Below are positions 18,203-27,996 of a DNA stretch of 64,000 nt, one piece after another. Position numbers and translations under genes: made by a program. The stretch comes from a virus. Taxonomy: Duplodnaviria > Caudoviricetes. The notes under the pieces are model-generated. The model was not told the origin of the DNA. It did no database searches and saw only the letters and a program-made list of their open reading frames with translations. Numbering within the stretch: the first letter of the stretch is position 1; each line of letters opens with the position of its first letter. The stretch covers positions 1 to 64,000 of IMG/VR virus record IMGVR_UViG_2757320919_000001, one strand, 5' to 3'.

Positions 18203-18924
18203 ATTATAGAACTAAATAAAAATTGAAACAAACTTTCACTAAATTCATCATTATTAATATCACTTACAAATCTATCTGATATATCTTCACCTAAAATAGA
18301 TAAGAATCTATAATTTCCTTGATCATTCAAATGAAAGTCAGTAATATTTTTTAATACATCTTCATCTTTATTTGTTTTAAAGTCTATTGTAATATCAATA
18401 GTTCCGTAATTTTTTAAAAATGATGTTTTAATATTAAAATAAAATTTTCCATTAATACTAAATTCAGACTTAAAATCATTTTTAGTTTTCATTCTAGTTC
18501 TTAGCGTTTCAAAGTTTTTAATACAAAAATCTTTTACTTGTCTATTTTCTCTTATTTGTTGTAAGGTGCAATCTAACATACTTTGTGTAATCATTTTTCT
18601 TTCATCTTCATTTATTATGTAATACGGTACTTTATCTTCTCTAAAAAAGAATTGAATAAACTTAGTTATTTCATTGTTTTCTCCCATGAAATAATATTTT
18701 TTATCTGTGTTATTTTTATAACATAACTCAAAAACATTTTCTAATAAATCATGTTCATAAAATAAAAATAAAACATCATCAATATATACTGATTCGTGAT
18801 TTTTCTTTGGAAGTACTATTGATTTTCTTTCAAATAAATCACCAACATCTAAACAATCCATGTCTTTTAATTCAAATTCTTTTTTAATTGATTCGGTAAA
18901 GTTTATAATTAAAATATTTTTCAT
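18199..18924 (-). CDS. Hypothetical protein
   Basis: 241-aa ORF. Confidence 0.65.
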   Translation of the reverse strand: MKNILIINFTESIKKEFELKDMDCLDVGDLFERKSIVLPKKNHESVYIDDVLFLFYEHDLLENVFELCYKNNTDKKYYFMGENNEITKFIQFFFREDKVPYYIINEDERKMITQSMLDCTLQQIRENRQVKDFCIKNFETLRTRMKTKNDFKSEFSINGKFYFNIKTSFLKNYGTIDITIDFKTNKDEDVLKNITDFHLNDQGNYRFLSILGEDISDRFVSDINNDEFSESLFQFLFSSII

Positions 18925-18934
18925 TTATAAACCT

Positions 18935-19219
18935 TTAAGAGTTTATGCTCTTTACTAATTCTTCCCACTCTTCTTGACTTTTAAAATCTTCTTTTAATTT
19001 ACAAACAATTTTGTAAGATTCATCTAATGGTAAATTATATAAAATATTTTGTATCTTTTCAAGTGGATCAAACATAGACATATCATCAATATTTATCATA
19101 TTAACTTCTCTTAAAAAATTTACTTTTTCATCACATGATAATTCAGAATATAGCTCTATTAAATCATATTCATCAAAATTCTCTATATCACTTGGATATA
19201 TTTTAACATTTACATTCAT
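18935..19219 (-). CDS. Small acidic hypothetical protein
   Basis: 94 aa with AAGGAG RBS. Confidence 0.6.
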   Translation of the reverse strand: MNVNVKIYPSDIENFDEYDLIELYSELSCDEKVNFLREVNMINIDDMSMFDPLEKIQNILYNLPLDESYKIVCKLKEDFKSQEEWEELVKSINS

Positions 19220-19252
19220 TTGTTACTCCTTTATTATAATATATTTTAAATC

Positions 19253-20107
19253 TTAATATTCAGTAATAAATTTATCATCAGGTTCCTGATAAGGACTTTC
19301 ATATTCAATAAACATACGACGATGAATAGGTTCATTAAATACTTTTAAAGCATCTTCATAATCACTTATTGAAATTAAATCTTTTTCACCATAAAAATAA
19401 ACATTGTCTGGTGAAATTAAGCAATTTCTAAAGTCTTTTAATAAATGCCAATGTTTTCCATCTATTAAACAAAACTTTTGGATGTTTTGATATTTATCAT
19501 TATATAACTCAACTGAAATTTTATAAAGTGCCATATATGATAATTTCATTAATAAATCATCCAAAAACATTATACAATTAGTTTTATTATCAAAATGCTT
19601 GAAAATATGCGTTAGAAAATCAAGTTTATCTTTGTACTCATAAGAATTAAACTCTATTGTATTTTTTTCAAATTGCTTAACTTTTTCAAGTGCTTTTTTC
19701 TCAGAAGGTTTTAATTTTGTATTTTCATTTATAGTTTTAGCACAATCAGAGTTTTCATCCTTTAGATACAAATCTAAGTAAACTAAATCAGTTGTTTGGA
19801 TAATTTCAGACTCCGTAATTTTCAAAATGTAATCAATTAAAAAATCATCTTGTCTATAAGTGAGTGTAATAACACCATAATCTTTTGTTATTTCATTGCA
19901 AAGACTTTTGTCTCTTTTAATTGCTTTTAAAATATATTTTGGTAAATCACAATCAACAAAAAATAATGATTTTAAAGGGTTACATTTACACTTTACTTTT
20001 CTAAAAGTTTTCTTAAAATAATCGGGGCTATAAACTGTATCAAAATTAATTTCAACCCTATCTTGCCTACAAAATTTAAAGTTTTCAAATACAACTTCAA
20101 GTAACAT
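19253..20107 (-). CDS. Degenerate AAA_21/ABC-ATPase-like protein lacking Walker A
   Basis: MLLEVVFENFK start, IMFLDDL (Walker-B-like), PDNVYF.EKD...ISDY C-terminus. Confidence 0.45.
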   Translation of the reverse strand: MLLEVVFENFKFCRQDRVEINFDTVYSPDYFKKTFRKVKCKCNPLKSLFFVDCDLPKYILKAIKRDKSLCNEITKDYGVITLTYRQDDFLIDYILKITESEIIQTTDLVYLDLYLKDENSDCAKTINENTKLKPSEKKALEKVKQFEKNTIEFNSYEYKDKLDFLTHIFKHFDNKTNCIMFLDDLLMKLSYMALYKISVELYNDKYQNIQKFCLIDGKHWHLLKDFRNCLISPDNVYFYGEKDLISISDYEDALKVFNEPIHRRMFIEYESPYQEPDDKFITEY

Positions 20108-20145
20108 TTCTTACTCCTTTCAAAATTTTCATAATTATAATAAAC

Positions 20146-20688
20146 TTAAATATCTTTATTATAATGTTTATTTGAATTATTATGCGGTAGATCAACAAAC
20201 AAATTACTTTCTATACAATTACAAATATAACCACTACTAAAGCTACTCGTATTTCCATCAAAGCTAACTTTTTTATTTGGTATTATGAAATTTATAGGTT
20301 TTTGTAAGTTTGCTAATCTTAATGTTTCACTAAAATCTTGATAATTTATGCTCATTAAGTTCATTAATAATATAAAATCAATATTCTCTTGAGTTAAAAG
20401 TCTTATGATTTCATTTTTCTTACTAAAAGGTGGGTTGCTTATTAAAATATCAAAATCATAATCAAGCCACCATTTGCTAAAAAAGTCTTTACCTTGATTA
20501 ATATGTCCATAAATTACATCAAAACCATAGTGTTTGAAAACTTTAACATAATTAGAACTCTCATCATCAAAAGGACAAAGTATTTTAATAATATTCTTTT
20601 CATACAAACAAGGTATTAAAAATTCAATTAACATTTTTGGTGTGTAATACTCATCTTTCAAATCAAAAGTATTATTGTAACTCTTCAT
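20146..20688 (-). CDS. Adenine-specific methyltransferase-like protein
   Basis: DEYYTP...LCPFD...DFF...ISNPPFS (NPPF catalytic motif). Confidence 0.75.
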   Translation of the reverse strand: MKSYNNTFDLKDEYYTPKMLIEFLIPCLYEKNIIKILCPFDDESSNYVKVFKHYGFDVIYGHINQGKDFFSKWWLDYDFDILISNPPFSKKNEIIRLLTQENIDFILLMNLMSINYQDFSETLRLANLQKPINFIIPNKKVSFDGNTSSFSSGYICNCIESNLFVDLPHNNSNKHYNKDI

Positions 20689-20708
20689 ATTTTAAGCTCC
20701 TATCATTT

Positions 20709-21335
20709 TTATTTTTTAATACCATACCTATTTAATTCTTCAATAACTTCTTTTTCAAATAATAACGCATTTTCTATATTGCTATCTATAACTAAATCAA
20801 TATTAATGCAATAGTTTTCATAATCAATTTTACCGTCTAATAGTAATTTTACATAATTATGAGTATTTTGAAACCATTTAAATCTTGAATTATTTGATAA
20901 ATCAAAATTATCATTTATAGACTTAATTATATTACCCATACACTCTAATATAGATGGTAAATATTTTAATAAAGTTTTTTCATCTATAATATCATCTATT
21001 ATTTTCAGTAACCAATCTGAATGAAGATCATAAAAAATAAATTCGTCTAAATTTTTTCCATTTTTAATAGCTTTATTTAATTCATTTCTAAAATGTCCCA
21101 AAATAAATGTAATTTCATAAAGTAAATCATGTCTAACTCTATCAATATATCTAATTTTATTCAAAATAGCTATATCTTTCATCGTTGGATCTAATTTTTT
21201 AAATTCTTCTAATATATGATCATAAATTGGTTTTTCAATAAATTCAGAGTATCCTGAAACATCCCATACTTGATATCCAAATCTCATGTTTTTAAAATCT
21301 AATTTGCGTTTAATAATAAATTTTGACTCTATCAT
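20709..21335 (-). CDS. Hypothetical protein
   Basis: 208-aa ORF. Confidence 0.65.
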   Translation of the reverse strand: MIESKFIIKRKLDFKNMRFGYQVWDVSGYSEFIEKPIYDHILEEFKKLDPTMKDIAILNKIRYIDRVRHDLLYEITFILGHFRNELNKAIKNGKNLDEFIFYDLHSDWLLKIIDDIIDEKTLLKYLPSILECMGNIIKSINDNFDLSNNSRFKWFQNTHNYVKLLLDGKIDYENYCINIDLVIDSNIENALLFEKEVIEELNRYGIKK

Positions 21336-21470
21336 ATTCCTAACCTTTCAGACATCTCTTTAATTTTCTCTTTTGAAGCCTTTTTAAAATTTTTATCCTT
21401 TATCTTTTAATTCTTTATAAATTTCTTTAACTCTTCATCTTCAATTGTAGGTACTAGAATGCTTAATAAC

Positions 21471-21857
21471 TCATCTTTCTCCATTTTCCTTTCCTGTATC
21501 CATATCAAGTTCAAAACTGAATAATGTTGATTTAAATGACCCAAGTTCTTTTAAAAATTCCTTTTCAGCTTTTTTATCAGGAATATTATCTCCAAACGAT
21601 TGACAATGAATTATCTTATATTCTAAACAGTCTATTAAATCATTTATAATACTCATATAGTCTTTAATTGTAAAATCATCAGTATGAGCTAATGAGTTTA
21701 AACCTTGTATTGCATTCATTTTAATGCTTAATTTGCTATGTTCTTCTCTAAGCTCTGATATTTTTTTATCTACAATTGATCTAATTCCAAGATTTGTGGG
21801 ACGACTACCACATTCTAATAAAGCATCAATTTCTTCTTGACTTAAAATCATTGCCAT
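21471..21857 (-). CDS. Protein with FliM-type CheY-binding N-terminal peptide
   Basis: MAMILSQEEIDALL followed by a predicted helical region; AAGGAG RBS. Confidence 0.75.
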   Translation of the reverse strand: MAMILSQEEIDALLECGSRPTNLGIRSIVDKKISELREEHSKLSIKMNAIQGLNSLAHTDDFTIKDYMSIINDLIDCLEYKIIHCQSFGDNIPDKKAEKEFLKELGSFKSTLFSFELDMDTGKENGER

Positions 21858-21939
21858 AATTATACTCCTTTATAAAATATTTAATTATTATCCTCTAAAT
21901 TTTTTGCTCCGATATCACATTCATCTAAAAGTTATCAAA

Positions 21940-22329
21940 TTATTCATCTGTCATCATATTTGAGTGAAACAACATAACTTCTTTAGAATTGATGTATTTA
22001 ATGAGTTGTATATTATTATTTTTATTATAATATTCACATTCTTTTGATTTTAAAATATCTAGCAATTCTTTTTCAACTTCTGATATTTTTTTAATTTTAC
22101 CTATAACTCCATATTTACTGAGGTATTCATCAAGTTTTGAAGGAGATGCAATACTTAAATTATAAGAAAACATTCTTATAGTTCCACATTTAGGACATTC
22201 CGCAATAATCCACCTTAAGCCATTTTCTTCCAACTTTAAATACAAAACATTATCTTTAAATGATTTTTTAAACTCTCCAAAACTATAACTTTCACAGTTA
22301 CAAAAATACTTTTTATAAAAATTAAACAT
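21940..22329 (-). CDS. Hypothetical Zn-binding protein
   Basis: CNC and CPKC motifs; GAGGAG RBS. Confidence 0.6.
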   Translation of the reverse strand: MFNFYKKYFCNCESYSFGEFKKSFKDNVLYLKLEENGLRWIIAECPKCGTIRMFSYNLSIASPSKLDEYLSKYGVIGKIKKISEVEKELLDILKSKECEYYNKNNNIQLIKYINSKEVMLFHSNMMTDE

Positions 22330-22340
22330 AATAACTCCTC

Positions 22341-22556
22341 TTAATTTTCTCTTATCTCTCGTCCTATACTATAAACACCTATAAATAGTATTACAATAAG
22401 TAATGATAGTATAATATGAGGAAAGTATGTAACTAATATAGATAGTAATATTATAACTAATATAGATAGTAATATTATACCACCGATTACAAGTACTCCA
22501 GTACAAAAGTTTTTAATATGTTCTAACATCTTAATCCCTTGTTTTATATTTTTCAT
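22341..22556 (-). CDS. Small two-TM membrane protein
   Basis: Long hydrophobic stretches. Confidence 0.6.
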   Translation of the reverse strand: MKNIKQGIKMLEHIKNFCTGVLVIGGIILLSILVIILLSILVTYFPHIILSLLIVILFIGVYSIGREIREN

Positions 22557-22960
22557 CTATAATATAATTTACTGTTAAGTTCTTCTGACTTTTTGAGAAT
22601 TTGTTTTACTAATTCATTATCACCATAGTCTTTAATGTGTAGTAATAAATAATCTTTTAGTAACATATACTCTGTGTCTTTATGTTCTTTCTGAGTATCA
22701 GTATGTGCATAACGGAATATATGGCTACCTAGTCTGTTAATTAACATTTCAATATCCACATTTTTATCATTTATTTCTAAGTATTTTATACTATTTTCCA
22801 TACAGCTTATGAAGTTGGTAATTCTTTTAAATTCATCATCTGAAAGATTACACATATATTTAACATTGTAGAACTCATCATCATAATAACATATGCAATT
22901 GTTTAAAAATGCTAGTTGCTTAGTTTCAAATTTAAAAGATATCACAGTTGCGTTATTCAT
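22553..22960 (-). CDS. Hypothetical protein
   Basis: 135 aa with GAAAGGA RBS and a promoter at 22986-23018. Confidence 0.65.
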   Translation of the reverse strand: MNNATVISFKFETKQLAFLNNCICYYDDEFYNVKYMCNLSDDEFKRITNFISCMENSIKYLEINDKNVDIEMLINRLGSHIFRYAHTDTQKEHKDTEYMLLKDYLLLHIKDYGDNELVKQILKKSEELNSKLYYR

Positions 22961-23010
22961 ATTATTCCTTTCAAATATTTATGGTATTATACCATAAACA
23001 ATCTTAAAGA

Positions 23011-23454
23011 TTACTTAAATAATTCATTTTCAGTTAATACCATAAATTCCATATTATTTATTCTACAGAACTCTCTTGCAGCTTCCCATTTTGCTTGGTT
23101 TTTTGAAACTGTTAATGCTTGTTCTACTACTCTTTTTTTATTTTTTTCTGTGATTATTTTTGGTTTTTTAAATATAGCGTCTTTTTGTGGTTTAATTTCA
23201 ATAAGATATTTTTTTATGTTATTGTCTTTATCTTTTACTTCAATATAAAAATCAGGAAAATATCTATGTTTTTTACCTAGAAACTCATAAGGTATAATTA
23301 TTGACTCACTAGCCCATTTAAGAACACCAGCATTATTATCGCACCATAACATAAATTTATATTCCCATGAACTACGATAGATGATGTTTGTTACATCATC
23401 TATATATTTTTCTGGGTTAATAGGTTTATAAAAACCTTGTTTGAATTCTGGCAT
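23011..23454 (-). CDS. 4: gp4 head completion nuclease
   Basis: YRSSWE...KWASE.IIIPY...HRYFPDF...IEIKP...NQAKWEAA. Confidence 0.92.
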   Translation of the reverse strand: MPEFKQGFYKPINPEKYIDDVTNIIYRSSWEYKFMLWCDNNAGVLKWASESIIIPYEFLGKKHRYFPDFYIEVKDKDNNIKKYLIEIKPQKDAIFKKPKIITEKNKKRVVEQALTVSKNQAKWEAAREFCRINNMEFMVLTENELFK

Positions 23455-23912
23455 TAGTATTTAGGTTGTATTATTATATAAGCGTTTTGAATATAATCAG
23501 ATGGATCATCAGGGTCTATATACACTCCACTATCTATTAAAATATTATATTTTGAAATATCATCATATTTTTTAAGATCTTCTTCTATAATTTCAACTAT
23601 TTTATTATTTATTTCATCAGAGATTCTCATAGCATCTTCAATACCTGTAACTATATATCTTAATTCAATAATATTACAATGCATTTTTAATAACAACTCT
23701 TCATTATCGCCATCAAACTCTGAATTCACAGAATCATATGTTATTTTTATTTTAAAATCATCAGTTTCTACTATACTTTCTTTACCATCTATATGTTTAT
23801 AAAATCCATTTACATCAAGCCCATAGTCAGCTAAAGATGATTCATTGATTTTTTTGGCTAGATCCTTTTGAGGTTCCACTTCCTCATTTAAAAAAATGCT
23901 GTAAATATTCAT
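23454..23912 (-). CDS. Acidic protein with capsid-targeting-like N-terminus
   Basis: Begins MNIYSIFLNEE; TATAAATA at 23949-23942. Confidence 0.65.
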   Translation of the reverse strand: MNIYSIFLNEEVEPQKDLAKKINESSLADYGLDVNGFYKHIDGKESIVETDDFKIKITYDSVNSEFDGDNEELLLKMHCNIIELRYIVTGIEDAMRISDEINNKIVEIIEEDLKKYDDISKYNILIDSGVYIDPDDPSDYIQNAYIIIQPKY

Positions 23913-24076
23913 TAATTCTCCTTTAATTTTGTATTTTGTGTTATTTATAAAACGATGTTATTTTATCATAAATATCTTTTTTAACTTCTATATAACTATT
24001 AAATGTTAATTCTAAAGTCCAATCTAAAAATATTAGATATATAACTCTCACCACATCAAGTAAATCATTAAGTTTT

Positions 24077-24373
24077 TCATTTTACATTCTTTGTATTACA
24101 TGTTTGTGTAATTACACCAAAATTTAGAAAGCTACATATTGCTTGTCCAAATGATTTTTTACAAATCTTCTTGTTAGAAACAATAATTTCTATTTCATAA
24201 GGTTCTTGTGATGTTTCATCAATATTAAAAGTTGATTTAAAACTTTTAATATTTTTATTGTTTACAATATCAACAAGCTTTTCTACTTGCTTATTTATAT
24301 CATAACTTTGCATGTATTCCTCCATTTTAATATAGTGATGAATATATGGCCTAAATACTCTATAGTGATACAT
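24077..24373 (-). CDS. Hypothetical protein
   Basis: ORF; the start is probably internal (MQSY..., after GGAGG). Confidence 0.5.
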   Translation of the reverse strand: MYHYRVFRPYIHHYIKMEEYMQSYDINKQVEKLVDIVNNKNIKSFKSTFNIDETSQEPYEIEIIVSNKKICKKSFGQAICSFLNFGVITQTCNTKNVK

Positions 24374-24374
24374 T

Positions 24375-25496
24375 TTACATCCTTTTAAACTTAATAATAT
24401 TTTTAGTTATTAAAGAATCATTATTTTCTTCAATTATTTCTAGTAATTCCCTTACTTTTGTTTCTGTATTATATCTTTTTAATAAAAGATTTTTAACATA
24501 GTCATTTATATCACCTATTTTTATTTTGTTTTTATGTAAAGCCATTAAAGTATTGAACTCAATAGTTTTAACATTAGCATCTTTCAAAAGAAACACATAT
24601 TCTTTTGTGTTTTCTTTATTTAAAGAATAATAATGTTCTATTGTGTTTAAAATAACATTAAGCTTTTTAACAATTAAATCCACAACATCTATGACAAAAT
24701 CATATTTTTCTTTAATAGGTTTTATTAATGGTATAACATCATCTAATTTTTCTGTTAAAGCTAATTCAAATATGTTTTTATAACTTAACACTTCTGCTAA
24801 AGTTTTGTGTAATTCAATATATTTGTCTGTTTTTAATTTATAAACTTTTCCAGTAGTCTTGTTTTGTAAAATTACACCTTCAAAATTATCAATGGTATTA
24901 ATATACTCTCTTAATTCTTTTAAAGTTTTAAAATTACTATATTTAGAAGGTTCTTTATCAAATATGACTAAACCTTTATCTGTATTCATAGCAATTTTAA
25001 TTAAATCTGTTTTTTCATAATCAACCACTACTCTATTTAAAGGCGACACTAATTCCATAAAAACTTGATTTTCATGTAAATAATTTTCTAAATCTTTATT
25101 TTCTTTTAAAAACTTTGTTGCTAATAATACTTGATCATTATCAACAGACATTTTAGTTCTTAAATATAATTTACCATCTAATAAAAATGGTATAATTAAA
25201 CTACCATCATACTTGTCTGTTATAATATAATCATCTAAAAGCTCATCATCACTTAAAACCCAATCTTCATTTTCATTTACATTAAAGAATTTTTGTAAAG
25301 GATAAGAAATTTCTTTATTATCTATAACCATTAGACCTCTCATGAAGAATGAGTCATCTTCTTTAAACCTTTCATAATCATTAATAATATAAGTATAAAA
25401 ATCTAACTTATGTCCATTAAAATAAGTAGTAGTTTTTCTATAATTATCTTTATTAGCAACAAGATATTCAGCCTTGTCTATAAGTTGTTTAGTCAT
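24375..25496 (-). CDS. rnlA: RNA ligase 1 (RnlA-like)
   Basis: KFFNVNE, motif I KYDGSL, ELVSP.N..VV.Y, EGVIL, YKLKT. Confidence 0.9.
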   Translation of the reverse strand: MTKQLIDKAEYLVANKDNYRKTTTYFNGHKLDFYTYIINDYERFKEDDSFFMRGLMVIDNKEISYPLQKFFNVNENEDWVLSDDELLDDYIITDKYDGSLIIPFLLDGKLYLRTKMSVDNDQVLLATKFLKENKDLENYLHENQVFMELVSPLNRVVVDYEKTDLIKIAMNTDKGLVIFDKEPSKYSNFKTLKELREYINTIDNFEGVILQNKTTGKVYKLKTDKYIELHKTLAEVLSYKNIFELALTEKLDDVIPLIKPIKEKYDFVIDVVDLIVKKLNVILNTIEHYYSLNKENTKEYVFLLKDANVKTIEFNTLMALHKNKIKIGDINDYVKNLLLKRYNTETKVRELLEIIEENNDSLITKNIIKFKRM

Positions 25497-25667
25497 TCTT
25501 GTATAACCCCTTTACATCTTCTAAAACTTGAATAATTGCTTCAGATTTTTTCATACCATCATCAACAACTAAAATATCAACATTAGCGTTAAATATTTCA
25601 CAAAAATATTTTCCATTATCTTTACCTTCTAAAGATTCTTTTTTATCCATTTTCTTTCCTTTTAAAA

Positions 25668-25713
25668 CTTAATTTAAGGATATTATATCAAAATATCCTT
25701 AAATTAAGCTTAA
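25668..25713 (-). promoter_or_regulatory. Early promoter embedded in a perfect 17-bp inverted repeat
   Basis: CTTAATTTAAGGATATT-ATATCAA-AATATCCTTAAATTAAG; TGATATAAT spans the loop. Confidence 0.75.
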
Positions 25714-25985
25714 AGGTCAAATTTGGAAACTTTATCTAATAATTCTTCTTGTATTTTTTAAAGCCCATAGCTTGTTATTAGCTAAATCATGAAAATATTT
25801 AATTGTATCATATTTTTCTGGAGTTTCTAATATTATTTCAAATTTATCAAAGAATCGTTTTTGGTTCTTACATAAAAATTAACACCATCTGTATAAAATA
25901 TCATTACTTCATCAGTTGTTTTATTTAATACGGGTTTAAAATATGTATATTCCTTGCCACTTTCTTTATGGATAACTTTTTCCAT
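25710..25985 (-). pseudogene. Frameshifted DUF1653-like gene
   Basis: MEKVIHKESGKEY...EVMIFY...FYVRTK continues as FFDKFE in another frame; a second shift occurs near the end. Confidence 0.45.
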
Positions 25986-25991
25986 TTGCAA

Positions 25992-26234
25992 CTACTCCTC
26001 TGCTGGGCAACTACAAGCTTGTGGTTTCATACCTTCTTCAAATACTTGAGTCACTGAGTAACTATAATCTGTTTCTCCAGGAAAATTTCTTACAAATAAT
26101 TTTTTATCGATACAAATAAATACAATGGAATTATCAAATACTAAAACGCCCCTTTTTAATGGTTTTGTAAAAGAGCAAACCTCTATACTAAAAGCCATAC
26201 TAGCTAATATCAATAAACTAATTATAAGTTTCAT
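25992..26234 (-). CDS. Small secreted Cys-containing protein
   Basis: Signal-peptide-like MKLIISLLILASMAFS; 4 Cys. Confidence 0.65.
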   Translation of the reverse strand: MKLIISLLILASMAFSIEVCSFTKPLKRGVLVFDNSIVFICIDKKLFVRNFPGETDYSYSVTQVFEEGMKPQACSCPAEE

Positions 26235-26525
26235 TTAAACTCCTTTAACATATTGTTTGCTTTTTGAATACCCTCATTTACAATAGATTCAACATATTCT
26301 CTTTCTTTTCTTATTTCTTCTAATCTCTCATCAGTATATTCTTTTTCCTTTTCTTTTAAAACTTTTTCAAAGATTTCTTGTATTTTTTCAGGTGTCATTT
26401 CACAAACCTCCTATAATTTAGAGTAAGCATTATTACGCATAGTTTTTTGTTAAAGCTAAAAAGATAAATCTTACAATAAAACAGATAATACTAAACAAAA
26501 AGTTACAAAAATATTTTTATAATAT

Positions 26526-26556
26526 TAAGGGAATTATACCATTAATCCCCTTAAAT
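26526..26556. repeat. 31-bp direct repeat (copy 1); hairpin/promoter cassette
   Basis: TAAGGGAATTATACCATTAATCCCCTTAAAT, 30/31 identical to 27997-28027. Confidence 0.85.
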
Positions 26557-26561
26557 GTACC

Positions 26562-26762
26562 TTAACACAAATTATCTTCAACTTTATCCCTGTTAAAATT
26601 TCTATAAATAATTAACTGATAAACAAAAAATATAAAAAATATAAATATTGATATAAACTCTACTATCATATTTTCATATTCTCTATTATCAATGTCATTA
26701 AATATAACACAAGTAATAGAAGAAAATATTACATAACTGCAAAGCAAATTAAATTGTATCAT
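26562..26762 (-). CDS. Small membrane protein
   Basis: Two hydrophobic segments; GAAGGA RBS. Confidence 0.5.
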   Translation of the reverse strand: MIQFNLLCSYVIFSSITCVIFNDIDNREYENMIVEFISIFIFFIFFVYQLIIYRNFNRDKVEDNLC

Positions 26763-26794
26763 TATGTTCCTTCATATCATTTGGTACATAATAT

Positions 26795-27835
26795 TTATAT
26801 TGACCATTTAAAAGCAATTTCATCAAACTCTTCTAATGTAGGTAAACACATAGATTTTATGAAATTATCCACAATATTTTTTGATATCTCTTTACCTGTT
26901 TCTAGTGATCTTTTTTCAATTCTTTCTAGTATTGTGTTATAGGGGCATAACATAACTATTGCAACTTTGTTGTAATTTTTAATCAAACTTGATGAATTTA
27001 ACAAAGACTTTCTTGACTTCATTGAAGTATTTGTTTTATCAATTACAATATCTTTACCTTGTTGTAGTAGTCTATTTAACTTAAACTTAAAGATGTTATC
27101 TATCTCTTTTTGGTCATCTTGAGATAATTTACTCCATATTTCTGAGTATGTATTTAAATTAAATTTTGTTTTACCATAACTCATCAATACATCATCTCTT
27201 GAAACTACATTTTCATATTGATTACATAAAGTTGATTTTCCAACTCCAGGAACTCCTATTAACATTGTTATAGTAGGTTTTGAATTATCAATACTTTTTG
27301 TTTCATAATATTCTAATGATTTTATTTGTTTATATATGTCAGTTGATTTTGGTGTATGAGTTGCTCTGCCTAATGAATCACATATTGAAAACTTGTATAA
27401 TAATTGCAAATCATCATAAGTGAATTTTCGTTTTAATTTATCTATATCATATTTATAGATATCATGATAAGCAACTATTTTTATTATTTTTATTATCTCC
27501 TCTTCACTTAAATTAAACTTAGATAAAACATCACAAGTATAATATACTCCAACATTTTCATGATTAAGAAATCTTACTTTTACTGTTCCATCATCTTTTG
27601 TTACTACTTCTCTTGTAAATACCTTACCTAAATCATGTAAGGCTGCACCAAACATTAAAACTTTATAATCTTTATCATTTTTAAATAAATCTTCAACCTT
27701 ATTTAATACCATTATTGTGTGATCTAATACAGTTTTTTCCAAATGATATGGGTTATCAACAGTTTCAGTTCCATTTAAACATTTATGTAATATTTCTGAA
27801 TACATATGATTTATTAATTCTTTTTTGTTTATCAT
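26795..27835 (-). CDS. HD-domain phosphoesterase / P-loop polynucleotide kinase fusion (HD-Pnk-like)
   Basis: HLE..V.DHT, LHDLGK, HE, YHD; then GVPGVGKST, SRDD, VIDKTN. Confidence 0.8.
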   Translation of the reverse strand: MINKKELINHMYSEILHKCLNGTETVDNPYHLEKTVLDHTIMVLNKVEDLFKNDKDYKVLMFGAALHDLGKVFTREVVTKDDGTVKVRFLNHENVGVYYTCDVLSKFNLSEEEIIKIIKIVAYHDIYKYDIDKLKRKFTYDDLQLLYKFSICDSLGRATHTPKSTDIYKQIKSLEYYETKSIDNSKPTITMLIGVPGVGKSTLCNQYENVVSRDDVLMSYGKTKFNLNTYSEIWSKLSQDDQKEIDNIFKFKLNRLLQQGKDIVIDKTNTSMKSRKSLLNSSSLIKNYNKVAIVMLCPYNTILERIEKRSLETGKEISKNIVDNFIKSMCLPTLEEFDEIAFKWSI

Positions 27836-27996
27836 TATACTGTTCCTTTCAAAAACTTATAAGATGATTATATTAATCATTTTATATTATTTTATCCAAA
27901 GAGAATACTTATAGTTTTCTTTGGATAAGATATTATTTGTTTTAAACCATTAACTTCATCTTTAACCCCTTTTTTAATTAGTATTTTAACTATTTA

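Noticed and set aside
26795-27835. Poly(A) polymerase / CCA-adding enzyme
   Set aside because: Only the HD domain is shared; no nucleotidyltransferase GG..RD motif is present.
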